Assembly: GCA_020633325.1 (NCBI GenBank)
Contig: JACKDX010000001.1
Coordinates: 178,179-242,178 of the forward strand
DNA: 64,000 bases
DNA from: Myxococcales bacterium
GTDB taxonomy: Bacteria > Myxococcota_A > Polyangia > Polyangiales > GCA-016699535
Direction of reading: 5' to 3'
Position 1 is the stretch's first letter, and each line of letters starts with the position of its first letter. Position numbers and translations under genes: made by a program. The notes beneath the pieces were generated by a model. The model was not told the DNA's origin, did no database searches, and saw only the letters and a program-made list of their open reading frames with translations. Below are positions 41,624-52,410 of this stretch, one piece after another.

Positions 41624-42400
41624 ATGGAACGACCTCGACGCGACACCAAGCCCGATGTGCGACCGCACAAAGTGGATGTTCTCGAACACGGTGCGGCTAT
41701 CGGCGGGGAACCTCAGAGCATGGATCGCCGTCTCTTTATGCAGCTCTCTGTTTATCGCGCCGCACCATCCCTAGAGCCCAAAGCGGCGTTGTCACTCTTG
41801 CGTGGGCAGCTTGAAGCCATCGGAGCTCTGGCGGTGCTGTATCGAGACGTGCACGATCCCCGCTCCATTGGGCTTCTTACCTGGCATACGCTAGCGGCGC
41901 GCCTCGTGGAACTTAATCAAGCGCTGTTTTCCACACCCGGCACAGAAGCGCTCACCTTGAGGCCAGAGTTCAGCATGTTCGGACGAACGTACAGCAGCGG
42001 CTTTGAGCCAGATCTGCATTACTGGCTCATTGATCGTCCGCAACAGACGGTCCTCAACTCCGAATGGCCCTGGGCCATATGGTATCCGCTCAAACGGAAA
42101 GGCAGCTTCGAGCAGCTTGCCCCCGAAGAGCAGCGGGCAGTGCTCGGGGAGCACGCCCGGCTAGGTAAGACTTACGGTGAGCAAGACCTGGCTCACGACG
42201 TGCGTTTGGTGTGTCATGGTCTAGATCAGCACGACAACGACTTTGTCATCGGCCTGACGGGCAAGGAGCTACAACCTCTTTCGCATGTGGTGCAGGCCAT
42301 GCGTAAAACCCGACAGACGTCGGAATTCATTCAGTCCATGGGGCCGTTCTTCTTGGGCTATACCGAATGGCGAAACGCCGGTAGGCCACCTTCCGACTGA
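41624..42400 (+). CDS. chlorite dismutase/HemQ-family protein
   Basis: Size and the C-terminal pattern ...LTGKELQPLSHVVQAMRKTRQTSEFIQSMGPFFLG. Moderate recognition only. Confidence 0.5.
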   Translation: MERPRRDTKPDVRPHKVDVLEHGAAIGGEPQSMDRRLFMQLSVYRAAPSLEPKAALSLLRGQLEAIGALAVLYRDVHDPRSIGLLTWHTLAARLVELNQALFSTPGTEALTLRPEFSMFGRTYSSGFEPDLHYWLIDRPQQTVLNSEWPWAIWYPLKRKGSFEQLAPEEQRAVLGEHARLGKTYGEQDLAHDVRLVCHGLDQHDNDFVIGLTGKELQPLSHVVQAMRKTRQTSEFIQSMGPFFLGYTEWRNAGRPPSD

Positions 42401-42409
42401 TTTACCTGT

Positions 42410-44959
42410 ATGGGACTCTTCGTGGAATCTGTTTTGCACCCGCCTTGGCGCGGTTTTGCTCTCTGCCTCTTGGGTGCAGTTTCTTTGCTGGGATTGATGT
42501 CACATCAACCCCATTTCGCGGGTACGTTGTGGCTTGGAATAGTGGCCCTATGGCTCACAGTGCTCGGGCTCCTCGACGGGTTGGCACTCGGGAAGGAAGA
42601 TACTTCCCCTGCAGTGCCGCTGTTGAGGCGGCCAAGCGCGAAGGTTGGCACAGGTGGCTGGGTATTCGTGATCGCCTCTTTGGTGTTACTTCCTACCCTC
42701 GGCGCCTTCGGACTGAGCGATCCTTGGGAGACCCATTATGGAGAGGTGGCCCGTGAAATTCTCGCGCGGGATGATTGGATCAGCCTGTGGTGGGCGCAGG
42801 ACAACTGGTTTTGGTCGAAGCCGATTTTAATATTTTGGCTCGAAGCGCTGAGCATGGGCCTGTTGGGCGTCAACATACATCCCGGCGGCAACCCTGCCCA
42901 TCCAGAATGGGCCATCCGATTCCCGCACTATGTGTTAGCGATCGCAGCGTTGCTCTCGGTGTATCTTCTTGTGGCTCGAGTCTGGAGCAAACGCACGGGC
43001 GTGCTCTGCGCGCTGGTGCTTCTGAGCAGTCCCTATTTTTTCCTTATCTCACACCAAGCCATTACAGATTTGCCGCTTGTTACGCTGATGACAATCTCGG
43101 TGTGCCTGCTCACGATGGGACTGACGGAAAGCCATCACGAAAAGGTGCGGATGTATCGCGTTGGACCCTGGCGACTCTCCGGTCAACATATGTTGATAGG
43201 CGCAGTGTCGTTTTTAGTGCTGCCGCAGATTTTGTATTTGGCAAGCCGCAATATCACCCTCGGCGCAAGCGGGTTTGGATTTCACACAGACACCTTCCTC
43301 TACGGTTCGGCCGGTAACAGTGGGCTCCCGGGAAACCCCGTCCACCAAATCATGCAGCCCGTCTATCGTGCATGGGCGTACCAACCGATCGCGCAAGCAT
43401 TCTATTGGCTTTTGGCATTTGCGATCCTCGTTTGGCGTCTCACAAAAGTTCGCGATAACCAATCCTTGTACATGTATGGATTTTATCTGTGCTGCGCACT
43501 CGGACTGATGGCCAAGGGACTGCCCGGCGTCCTTTTGCCCGGCCTAATCTCGCTGTTCTATCTCCTCGTCGCCAGGCGTTGGTCACTACTCCTCGATGGT
43601 CGCCTGCGTATTGCATCTGGTGCGCTATTGGTGATGGTGTGCGGCCTACCTTGGTATGTCGCGATGCATATCCGACATGGAAGTGGGTTCTTAGACCGGA
43701 TTCTCGTACACGACCATCTGAATCGCTTGGCGTCGGGGGTTCACGGCGATACCGGAACCATACAGTACTTCATCGAGCAACTTGGCGTCGGTCTCTTTCC
43801 ATGGGTGGCGTTTGTGCCTGCCGCCATCGGCTACGCCATCATCCGCGTAGGCCGCCTAGAGCGAGCGGCGGCACCTAGGGCACGTTTGCAGGATCATGTT
43901 CTTTTAGTGTGGGGGCTCTGGCTTGTCTGTGGTTTTGTACTTTTCAGCGCCATGGTCACCAAATTTCACCACTATGCTTTTCCGGTCGTACCGCCGGCGG
44001 CGTTCCTCACGGGCATTACCGTGGATCGTCTGCTGGCCAAGGAATCTGTTCCCTGGAAGCGACGTGACTGGCTGGCGCTTGGCGTCCTCGGCGTGGGCTG
44101 TATTCTCTGTGTGACTGCGGTTTCAGGCTGGTTTGGCCAGGTGCGCGGCGCGATTCCGGTTAGTATTCCTGTCGAGGAGCGCGGCGACTATGTACTGCTC
44201 CATGCCTGGAACCCCTGGATTGTCGCCGGGGTACTTATTCTGGCGCTTGTGTGTTTTGTTATAGCCTATAAGCAACTTAGGGCCCTCTCGACCTCCACGA
44301 GCGAAACGCCCCTCACCCATATTGCAGCCCTCATCGTCGGCGCGGTGCTGCTCGCGTTCGTGGGCCGAGACCTGTCGTGGATCACCGATAGCAGGCCTGC
44401 AGGGTATGAGCGCCTCATGTGGCTTTTTATTTATCGCTATGAGCGTCCTTGGCCGACGCAGTTTGATTATCGGCCAATCCTGACAGGCTTTTCTATTGTT
44501 TTGGTTTCTGCTTTGGGATTGGCGCTTTTTAAAAAGCTCCGGTCCGTGGCGCTCTACGGGTTTGTGGGAGTCGCACTATGCTTCGCGGTTTGGTCACTCG
44601 ATGTGTATTTAATCGATGTGGGTGCCCATTGGACCCAACGCAACTTGATCAAGCGATATTATGCACTAAGGAAGGGCCCCGAAGAACCCATCGTTTCATG
44701 GCAAATGAACTGGAAGGGTGAGACGTTTTACACCGGTAACCGTCTTCCCGCCTTTTTAGATGCACGCAATAAGGACGTGGAGAAATGGTTTGCGACGCAT
44801 CAAGACCGACGAGTTTTTGTCGTGCTTGAACCAAGTCGGTTAGGCAGCTTCAAGCGCATGATTAGGCGTCCGGTAATGGAACACTCAACCCTCGATGACT
44901 GTAACAAATTCCTTTTGGTCTCAGTCGATGGCGCTCAGCGCCCGATGCCGACCTCGTAA
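42410..44959 (+). CDS. GT39/ArnT-like polytopic glycosyltransferase
   Basis: DPWETHYGEVAREILARDDWISLWW and more than 12 predicted TM segments. Confidence 0.6.
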   Translation: MGLFVESVLHPPWRGFALCLLGAVSLLGLMSHQPHFAGTLWLGIVALWLTVLGLLDGLALGKEDTSPAVPLLRRPSAKVGTGGWVFVIASLVLLPTLGAFGLSDPWETHYGEVAREILARDDWISLWWAQDNWFWSKPILIFWLEALSMGLLGVNIHPGGNPAHPEWAIRFPHYVLAIAALLSVYLLVARVWSKRTGVLCALVLLSSPYFFLISHQAITDLPLVTLMTISVCLLTMGLTESHHEKVRMYRVGPWRLSGQHMLIGAVSFLVLPQILYLASRNITLGASGFGFHTDTFLYGSAGNSGLPGNPVHQIMQPVYRAWAYQPIAQAFYWLLAFAILVWRLTKVRDNQSLYMYGFYLCCALGLMAKGLPGVLLPGLISLFYLLVARRWSLLLDGRLRIASGALLVMVCGLPWYVAMHIRHGSGFLDRILVHDHLNRLASGVHGDTGTIQYFIEQLGVGLFPWVAFVPAAIGYAIIRVGRLERAAAPRARLQDHVLLVWGLWLVCGFVLFSAMVTKFHHYAFPVVPPAAFLTGITVDRLLAKESVPWKRRDWLALGVLGVGCILCVTAVSGWFGQVRGAIPVSIPVEERGDYVLLHAWNPWIVAGVLILALVCFVIAYKQLRALSTSTSETPLTHIAALIVGAVLLAFVGRDLSWITDSRPAGYERLMWLFIYRYERPWPTQFDYRPILTGFSIVLVSALGLALFKKLRSVALYGFVGVALCFAVWSLDVYLIDVGAHWTQRNLIKRYYALRKGPEEPIVSWQMNWKGETFYTGNRLPAFLDARNKDVEKWFATHQDRRVFVVLEPSRLGSFKRMIRRPVMEHSTLDDCNKFLLVSVDGAQRPMPTS

Positions 44960-44974
44960 CCTCGTCGATCGGTG

Positions 44975-45061
<87 letters not shown>

Positions 45062-45267
45062 ATTCAAGGGGAGGCAGGGTAGCGAATCTCGTCCGACCTC
45101 GCCACTCACAATGCCCACCTTTGGGCACATCGCTGGGTAGGTAACTTTTGCATAGACGCGCAGGCAATGCAGGGCAGGCTCGTGATTCCTAATAGCATTT
45201 CGTAAATGTTTCCGTTACTTAGCATTATATCGGCAAGGTACGTCGATTGCATTGGCATGGCTAGGCT

Positions 45268-45879
45268 ATGAACTCCCAAGCGGGCTTTACCCTCACTGAA
45301 CTGTTGATCGTGATTGCGTTAATCACCACAAGCGCGGCCCTTGCAGCGCCAGCCATTGGGGCGGCCATGTCGGAGCGGCGTGTGACGCAAGCCCAGCTTG
45401 ATGTGTTGCGTGTGGCGCGCCGCGCTCGCTCGGAGGCGCTAGCGGTGGGCCGAGCCCACTTGATTCGATTCACAACGGCTTCCTCTCCCGGCGATCACGG
45501 ACGGATGCGCTTGTATCGGGGAACAACAAGCAGTTGCGGAGGCACCGACTGGGCGACTGTCACCGGCGCCGCAGAATGCATCGCGCCTGAATGCATCGAC
45601 GATGTCAACTTGGGTGATTCTGATTATCGCGCCTCAGCGACCCATTTTGTGCACATGCGAGGCTCCCCGGATAATGCGCTGATTGACCTTTGCTACACAA
45701 GCTCAGGCATGATGTGGCACCGGGTAAGCGCCGCTGCGCCTTTTTCGGACCAAAACAACACCAACGGCGTGGCGGGAGGGTATACCTTTTCCTTACAGAG
45801 CAAGCGCGGAGGTAGCGCACAAGGCGTTCAACGTTGGGTGGTTTTCCCTCTAGGTGGCACTCCGAGGACACGCATATGA
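45268..45879 (+). CDS. fimT: GspH/FimT-like minor pseudopilin
   Basis: Prepilin motif MNSQAG|FTLTELLIVIAL. Confidence 0.7.
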   Translation: MNSQAGFTLTELLIVIALITTSAALAAPAIGAAMSERRVTQAQLDVLRVARRARSEALAVGRAHLIRFTTASSPGDHGRMRLYRGTTSSCGGTDWATVTGAAECIAPECIDDVNLGDSDYRASATHFVHMRGSPDNALIDLCYTSSGMMWHRVSAAAPFSDQNNTNGVAGGYTFSLQSKRGGSAQGVQRWVVFPLGGTPRTRI

Positions 45880-46460
45880 CGACTCAGCCGCATCCACATG
45901 CACACTCTAGGTCGAGACATGGCTATACGCTGGTTGAGGTTATGATGGCCATGGGCATCATGGCGATGGGCGGCGTAGGCATTATGGGATTACATCAAGC
46001 CTCTACCAAGGCCAATCTCGAGGCACGACAAATCTCCATGGCCAACAATGTTATGCGCACCTGGATGGAGCGCTTGAAGCGAGATGCGCTTCTTTGGACA
46101 CAAGGAGGCGATAGTGCCGCGACCGCCAATCTTGGCCCCACCGCATACTTGTCTCAGCAGGGAGCGGGATGGTTCGTGCCAGATCCCAACGATGCTGCGG
46201 AGTCCCACGCATTTGACCATTTTGGCCGAGACACCAGCGTGGCAGCTACCATGCGCTACTGCACCAATCTGCGCGTTGTTTGGGTAGTACCGGGTCTCGC
46301 TGTACGCACGGATGTTCGAGTGTGGTGGGTCAAGCGCGGGGTCGATGCCGCCGCATTTGCAGGATGCGCGGATGGGACTGATCCGAATACTTTGACAGCC
46401 AACGCAAATCTGCACTTTGTATCCGCATCGAACGTCGTAAGATGGAACTCTTTGTTATGA
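45876..46460 (+). CDS. pilV: type IV minor pilin PilV-like
   Basis: ATGA overlap with the upstream gene. ...SRHG|YTLVEVMMAMGI. Confidence 0.65.
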   Translation: MTTQPHPHAHSRSRHGYTLVEVMMAMGIMAMGGVGIMGLHQASTKANLEARQISMANNVMRTWMERLKRDALLWTQGGDSAATANLGPTAYLSQQGAGWFVPDPNDAAESHAFDHFGRDTSVAATMRYCTNLRVVWVVPGLAVRTDVRVWWVKRGVDAAAFAGCADGTDPNTLTANANLHFVSASNVVRWNSLL

Positions 46461-47590
46461 CCACGAAACGCGCCAACGGATTTTCTCTGTTAGAACTGAT
46501 GGTTGCACTCACCCTCAGTGCAACGGTGATCAGCTCCGTTTATTTCATCAGCAGTTCGTCCGCAAAACATTTTCAAGAACAACAACGGATTGCCCAAACA
46601 CAATTGTCATTACGGATCGCCATGGAACAACTCCGCAGGGACATTTCCCGGGCCGGATTTCTGGGCACCCCTAGTTCCGCGACCGAAACTACCTGCGTGG
46701 CGCCAGGCGTGGGCGTGCAGGCGGTGGCGTTTACCAACAATACGGACATCGCACAGATTCCTCAAGGCGCAGCCCACGGGGTTCAGGCCGATCGGCTCAT
46801 CCTCGTGGGAAATTATCTGACCTCGGACAGCTATCTGTCCGCGGGAATCGCTGTCGCTGGGGATCAGATTTTTTTCCAATCCGACTGGCAGGGTTTTCGC
46901 CGGAGCTTTCATTTAACTTCGGCGGGAAATCCCTTTAGCGCCGCTCTATTTGACGACGCGTTTCGTGATGACCGCGTACTGCACATCGAAACGCTGCAAG
47001 GTAACCATTTCTTTGTAACCATCACGGGTCGGAACGCTGCATCGAGAAGCGTAAGTTTTTCACCCAACATTACCGTTGGCAGTTTGTGCTTGGGGGGCTT
47101 TGGCATAGGCGCCACCATTGCTCCATTGGCCCGCATTCAATATTTCGTCGGCAATATCGGTGGCAATTTGAATCCTATTACCGCGGCGGCGGCCACGGCT
47201 ACCGGCAGTCAAAGTGTGCAACTCGTTCGTCGTGAGCTTGATTTCAGTGGGGCCGCAATCGCGAACAGCGAGCGGGCCGTCTTGGAGTATGTCGTCGATT
47301 TCAACGTCGATTTTGTGGTTGACAATGCTCCCCCGGGTGCAGCGCCGCTACTTGCACGCCTTAGTGACGCGGCAGCCGAAGCGGCATTGGCGCTAACCCC
47401 GGAACGCGTACGATCTGCTATCGTGCGACTGTCAACCAGGACCATTCACCAGGATGCTCGGTTTCCTTGGGTCACGCGAGCTGCTGGCGCTCCATTGACG
47501 CGCTATCGCGCCAACCCTTCTGCTCCAGGGGCATCCCGCGTTCGCACGATTGAAACCGAGATTTTTTTACCTAACTTGATGGGAAGCTGA
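46457..47590 (+). CDS. pilW: type IV minor pilin PilW-like
   Basis: ATGA overlap. MTTKRANG|FSLLELMVALTL. Confidence 0.65.
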   Translation: MTTKRANGFSLLELMVALTLSATVISSVYFISSSSAKHFQEQQRIAQTQLSLRIAMEQLRRDISRAGFLGTPSSATETTCVAPGVGVQAVAFTNNTDIAQIPQGAAHGVQADRLILVGNYLTSDSYLSAGIAVAGDQIFFQSDWQGFRRSFHLTSAGNPFSAALFDDAFRDDRVLHIETLQGNHFFVTITGRNAASRSVSFSPNITVGSLCLGGFGIGATIAPLARIQYFVGNIGGNLNPITAAAATATGSQSVQLVRRELDFSGAAIANSERAVLEYVVDFNVDFVVDNAPPGAAPLLARLSDAAAEAALALTPERVRSAIVRLSTRTIHQDARFPWVTRAAGAPLTRYRANPSAPGASRVRTIETEIFLPNLMGS

Positions 47591-48234
47591 TGCATTACAA
47601 ACGTCCACAATCCGAAGACGGCGCTGCAATGTTGATTGTCATGCTTATCTTGTTGATGAGCACCGCGACGGCAACTTTTGCCATTCAATCCACTGGTCTT
47701 GAAATCCGATCAGCAGGGCATGAGAGACAGGCCGCTCAGACGCATTATGTGACCGAGGCCGGCATTGAGTCGGCCTTATTGTGGGTGGACGATATGCAAC
47801 CTTCGGTTGTCGCACATGTGCTCGCTACATCAAGTCCGCCGGATCTCAGCGCGCAGGAACCCAACTTGATGGCGGGTAAACAAGGCTATCGGCTCGTTCT
47901 TGGTGACTTCGCAGCCCTTGCCGACGGACAAGATGCCAATGGCGACGCCGTTCGCAATCCGCCCATTGATACCCAGAGTGACCACCCCTCCTTAGGCAAC
48001 GTGCCCTACCAACCGTCGTTCACGGTGGATATCAACGACAACTATACGTATAGCGGCGCCATGCCCGGCTACCGTGTCGACGGAAGAAGCTCAATGACCT
48101 ACATGATCGCAACCTATACGGTGCGCGGGCAAACCGCCATTCCACAAGGTGGCGCACCCAACGCGAAAATTTCGGCCATGAACGCAACGTCCGTGGGACG
48201 CGTATTTGCCAGATCGGGACCGATAAGCAAGTGA
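47590..48234 (+). CDS. pilX: PilX-like minor pilin
   Basis: TGATG overlap. N-terminal hydrophobic GAAMLIVMLILLMSTATATFA. Confidence 0.55.
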   Translation: MHYKRPQSEDGAAMLIVMLILLMSTATATFAIQSTGLEIRSAGHERQAAQTHYVTEAGIESALLWVDDMQPSVVAHVLATSSPPDLSAQEPNLMAGKQGYRLVLGDFAALADGQDANGDAVRNPPIDTQSDHPSLGNVPYQPSFTVDINDNYTYSGAMPGYRVDGRSSMTYMIATYTVRGQTAIPQGGAPNAKISAMNATSVGRVFARSGPISK

Positions 48235-48244
48235 AGGAGCGACC

Positions 48245-51200
48245 ATGAAGTTCGGCAGCAATCTTGTTTTTTTCTCTTGCGCATTCGTACTGGCGCTAGG
48301 TCCCAAGGCTCACGCGCAAGTGACCATTCCCGACCTTAGAGAGGTGCGGCCTGGAGTCATGCTATTGATCGACACATCCGGATCCATGGAGCGCAAGGGC
48401 GGTTGCGTTTGTGTGACGCCAGGGTGTATCGAGTGCTATCCGACCTGCGGCGATTCCAGCGTCTCAGAGCGAAACCGTTGGGCTAATCTGACAGAGATTC
48501 TGACGGGAAGCTGGGGAGACAACTTTTACTGTGTGGCCAAGGATCGGCGTACGGCTGAGTTCGATAGTCAGTATGACAGCAACTATTTTATACCGCATCA
48601 CGCCCTTCCTTTGGACTTAGAGCAAACCGACGACGGCCTCGTTGACGTGTACATCGAGCGCGTCAAGTTTGGGATGATGACCTTTGATAATATCGGCACC
48701 GCTACCGATGAGGCCCCGCTTGTTCCCAAGTCGAACTTCCAAACAGCGGGCTTCTTGCTAAAGAGCGCGGGACCTCAAGGCATGTATTCCTATGGTGAGC
48801 CGAAGACTCTGACCTTTCCAGGCTGCGCTACAGAATACATGGTGGATCTTGGCGCGCGGGGTCCTGGAATGCAACCCGGCGCCCTCATCTCTGTGGGATT
48901 GGGTGCGGCGGATTTCCTGATTATCAATACTGAAGTCCAAGAAGGCATCAAACATGTTCGGCCGTTTGGGGGTACGCCCATCGCAGCCATGCTGGATGAT
49001 GCGCGCTATTACTATGGAAACCATCCCGACATCGTGCTCGACGACTACATCAACTGTAGAGATCATTATGTCGTCCTGGTGACGGACGGCTATCCGGATC
49101 AAGACTATCGAGATGATCGCTTCGATTGTGACGGCCTCGATGCGTTTGGGAATCCCACCTTTAGCTGCCCTTATCAACTTCCGGCGGAGATCGCCGCCGA
49201 CCTGTGTGACTACAATGCCGTATCTGGCACATGCGAAGGGCCGGTCAAGGGGGTGTTTGTAGTCGGGTTCAACGTAGATGCGGAGGCCACCGACACTCTA
49301 AACGATATTGCCCTTGCGGGGGGAACCGAACAGGCATTGCTTGCCGAGACGCCGGACGAGCTACGGGCAAAGCTGGCGGACGCCCTCAACGCGATTGCTT
49401 CGGACGCCACCACACGGTCATCGCCCGCATTCGTCAGTCCGTCCGACAGCGGCACCCAAGGTCAGTATCAGCTACAAACAGGTTTCCAGGTGGGCGCAAC
49501 TGGCGAGCCTTGGACCGGCGTGATGGAGCGTCGCCGCTTCACCTGCAATCCCGCGACACTCGAAATGGAGGCCCAGCCCATATCTACAGCGGAAAACGAC
49601 CGCTTCGAAGAAGTGCTGAACAATCGCTCTGCTCCTCGAAACTTATACACAGTCATTTCGGGCAACAATACAAGCGCATTAACCGGAACGATCACCAACG
49701 ACACCTTGGAGAGTTTTGATGCAGCTAATGTTAACATCACGTCCAAGCGCCTAGGTGCTGGAAACAACAACACGGCGCGCCGCAATGAGATCATTGGCTG
49801 GGTTCACGGCGATGATGGCACCGCCAGGCAAGGAAAACGCTTGGGCGATATCTATCACTCATCACCGGTTGTCGTGGGGCCGCCGCGCGCTGACATTGAG
49901 GATCAATCCTATAATCTCTTTCGGCAACGCGCCGAAGTGGCCAATCGACCAGTGGTAGCCTACGTGGGCACCAACGACGGCATCTTGCACGCGTTTTCCA
50001 TCGAGGATTACGACGACAGTGGAACACCCATCGAGGGCGGCACCGAACTGTGGGGCTTCATCCCGCCGCTGTTATTGCCAAAACTGGACTCGATGGTCAC
50101 CGCACGCCAGCTCATGTTGGACAGCACCCCAGTAGCCAAAGATGTATTTTTCAGTCGTATGCCTTCTGCTACGCCGGATGCCAGCGCCTATCATTCGGTG
50201 CTCATCACAGGGTTTCGAGGCGGGGCCAAGGGCTTTGTCGCATTGGATGTGACCGACCCACTCAATCCGACATTTCTGTGGCAGTTCGCCGATTCGGATA
50301 TGGGCTTTACCTATGGCCGGCCCGCCATCGGCCAAGCCGTGGTCAACTTCAACGGCGTGGTGCAGGAACGCGCCATTGCATTATTGCCAGGAGGCACGGG
50401 CTCTATTGATACCTTGGGCTCGCTTAGTGGTCCGATTGGGTGTAAATCGAACGGAAAGGGTTCTCCGCCTGTCAACCAAGGCACCACCAAGGCTCGCTCC
50501 CATCAGCGCTGCTGGAAACAAAAAGAGGGCCGGCAGCTTTATGTGGTAGATGTAGCCACTGGCACACTGCTTAAACACTTTACCCATGCCATTTGGAATG
50601 CTCCTGTGACAGGCACGCCGGCACTCTTTACAGAGGAGGTAGGCACGGTAGCCACCAAGGCGTACGTGACGGACATCGATGGCGTGCTGTGGCGCATCGA
50701 TCTATCTTCGTCTAATACGGGTGATTGGGATGCCGAACCGTTTCACGACATATTCTGGGATAGCTTGCCATTGGCCGGCCAGCCGGCTTATGACCCCCCA
50801 GTCCTTAGCGTGGACAACGATGGCAACACGGTAATCCTGCAAGCCTCCGGCAACACCGATGTATTGGATGGTATCGTGGAGAACCGCGTGGTCTCGCTTA
50901 CAGAACACGTCAGCTATGGCGTAGCCGAGGTCACATGGGAGGCTGAGGTCAACTGGGAGATTCGTCTTGAAGCAGGCGAGGTGGTGACTGGCCCCTTGGA
51001 TCTCTTTGACGGTAAGGTTTACTTCGGAACGTTCCAATCGCCGGGCCTTTTGACAGCGCTATTGGACGCATGTGACATCGGTCAAAGCCGCGTCTGGGGC
51101 GTCCATTACACCGAGGGCGCCCTCAGCGCACTCCCTTTGACTCAGCCCACGAAGCTTCCCAATCCTGCAATCGAGTATCCCGCGGGATCGGATACGTGGG

Positions 51201-51472
51201 TGCGTCATTTTCCGGAGCTCCAAAACGTGATCGTGATGGGTGTTGGCGTCACAAAGCGTCCCACATGCTATGATGAAGACGAAGAAACCGATCCCTATTT
51301 AGGTACACGCACCGTTGTCAATGCCTCGAACGGCGGGGGCTATCAGCTCGTCGCCCTTGCCGGCGGTGACGCCGAGCGCGCAACCGGACAAGTGATCGGA
51401 TCCATCACGAGGGATCTTGCGCCCCCTGCGGCTATCACTCGGGTTATGTCTAGGGTATCCTCGGTTGAATGA
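48245..51472 (+). CDS. pilY1: PilY1-like tip adhesin with N-terminal vWA domain
   Basis: Signal peptide. MIDAS MLLIDTSGSMER (48371...). PilY1-type GTNDGILHAF and ELWGFIPP motifs. 1075 aa. Confidence 0.75.
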   Translation: MKFGSNLVFFSCAFVLALGPKAHAQVTIPDLREVRPGVMLLIDTSGSMERKGGCVCVTPGCIECYPTCGDSSVSERNRWANLTEILTGSWGDNFYCVAKDRRTAEFDSQYDSNYFIPHHALPLDLEQTDDGLVDVYIERVKFGMMTFDNIGTATDEAPLVPKSNFQTAGFLLKSAGPQGMYSYGEPKTLTFPGCATEYMVDLGARGPGMQPGALISVGLGAADFLIINTEVQEGIKHVRPFGGTPIAAMLDDARYYYGNHPDIVLDDYINCRDHYVVLVTDGYPDQDYRDDRFDCDGLDAFGNPTFSCPYQLPAEIAADLCDYNAVSGTCEGPVKGVFVVGFNVDAEATDTLNDIALAGGTEQALLAETPDELRAKLADALNAIASDATTRSSPAFVSPSDSGTQGQYQLQTGFQVGATGEPWTGVMERRRFTCNPATLEMEAQPISTAENDRFEEVLNNRSAPRNLYTVISGNNTSALTGTITNDTLESFDAANVNITSKRLGAGNNNTARRNEIIGWVHGDDGTARQGKRLGDIYHSSPVVVGPPRADIEDQSYNLFRQRAEVANRPVVAYVGTNDGILHAFSIEDYDDSGTPIEGGTELWGFIPPLLLPKLDSMVTARQLMLDSTPVAKDVFFSRMPSATPDASAYHSVLITGFRGGAKGFVALDVTDPLNPTFLWQFADSDMGFTYGRPAIGQAVVNFNGVVQERAIALLPGGTGSIDTLGSLSGPIGCKSNGKGSPPVNQGTTKARSHQRCWKQKEGRQLYVVDVATGTLLKHFTHAIWNAPVTGTPALFTEEVGTVATKAYVTDIDGVLWRIDLSSSNTGDWDAEPFHDIFWDSLPLAGQPAYDPPVLSVDNDGNTVILQASGNTDVLDGIVENRVVSLTEHVSYGVAEVTWEAEVNWEIRLEAGEVVTGPLDLFDGKVYFGTFQSPGLLTALLDACDIGQSRVWGVHYTEGALSALPLTQPTKLPNPAIEYPAGSDTWVRHFPELQNVIVMGVGVTKRPTCYDEDEETDPYLGTRTVVNASNGGGYQLVALAGGDAERATGQVIGSITRDLAPPAAITRVMSRVSSVE

Positions 51473-51987
51473 GAGCCACAGCACTGCTCGCACTATGCGT
51501 CACGCTCGTAAGTGGCGCATGCCAGAGCGAGAACAGCGCACCCCGAGCGACCCCACCGCCCAAGCGCGTAACGAGTCAAAAGCCTATCGCAGTCCCCCAG
51601 GACCTTTTGTTTAACGCCAAGGGAGAACTGGTCGAATCGGAGGACAGCGTGGCAGGTCTTAAACTGCCTCGAGGGCTTCGTTTGCTCCGGCGAGCCGATC
51701 GGCTTGCCGTCTACGAAACCAGTTTGCCCATGGAAAAAATCCAGAGATATTTTGGCCCACGCTTATTCACTGGAGAAGTTGAGCAACAAGGTCAGCGAGT
51801 GATCTATCGCGCGGCAATACCAAAAGGTGTCAAGGGCGGCGTCGTGAAGTTGGACGTGAGATTGTACCCCGCCGCCAATGGCCAGCACCGTGTGGAAATC
51901 CGGAAGCTACGTCCCATGCCTCAATCACCCTTGCCTGACCCCAAAGTTCAAGCGTTGCTGAAAGAACAGCAAAAGTATATGCAGTAA
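51469..51987 (+). CDS. lipoprotein translationally coupled to pilY1
   Basis: ATGA overlap at 51469-51472. LALCVTLVSGAC|QSE. Confidence 0.5.
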   Translation: MRATALLALCVTLVSGACQSENSAPRATPPPKRVTSQKPIAVPQDLLFNAKGELVESEDSVAGLKLPRGLRLLRRADRLAVYETSLPMEKIQRYFGPRLFTGEVEQQGQRVIYRAAIPKGVKGGVVKLDVRLYPAANGQHRVEIRKLRPMPQSPLPDPKVQALLKEQQKYMQ

Positions 51988-51990
51988 CGC

Positions 51991-52410
51991 ATGCAGCACC
52001 GTGTGGGGCTCTTCATGGCCTTCAGCGTCTTGCTCGTGGTAGGAGCGCTGGCATCGCCAAGCGAAGCCGACGCCGACGGTCGAACTATCGAGCAAGAAGT
52101 TCGCCGTATACAGCGAGAATCTGTCGACAAAACTCCCGTTACACCCGCATTAAATCACGCTCTTTCCGCGCTCCGCCGCAGCGAGCGCTATCTCAGGCGG
52201 AAAAATTTTCGGGCCGCAATCGCGGCGAGACGCACCGCATGGGCAGCGCTCGAACTCGCCTCAAGACAGCTCGCTTACGAAACGGCTCAGCGCGTGCGAC
52301 TTAGAGCCTACCGAAGTATGGCTGCTTCCATCAACGAACGTCGTGCTGCCAGACGGGCCCTTGAAAGCGCTCTATCGCAACGGGCACGGTTAGGACCGCG
52401 CGAACCATGA
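51991..52410 (+). CDS. secreted helical protein (DUF4398-like impression)
   Basis: Signal peptide FSVLLVVGALASPSEA. Ala/Arg-rich helices. Confidence 0.4.
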   Translation: MQHRVGLFMAFSVLLVVGALASPSEADADGRTIEQEVRRIQRESVDKTPVTPALNHALSALRRSERYLRRKNFRAAIAARRTAWAALELASRQLAYETAQRVRLRAYRSMAASINERRAARRALESALSQRARLGPREP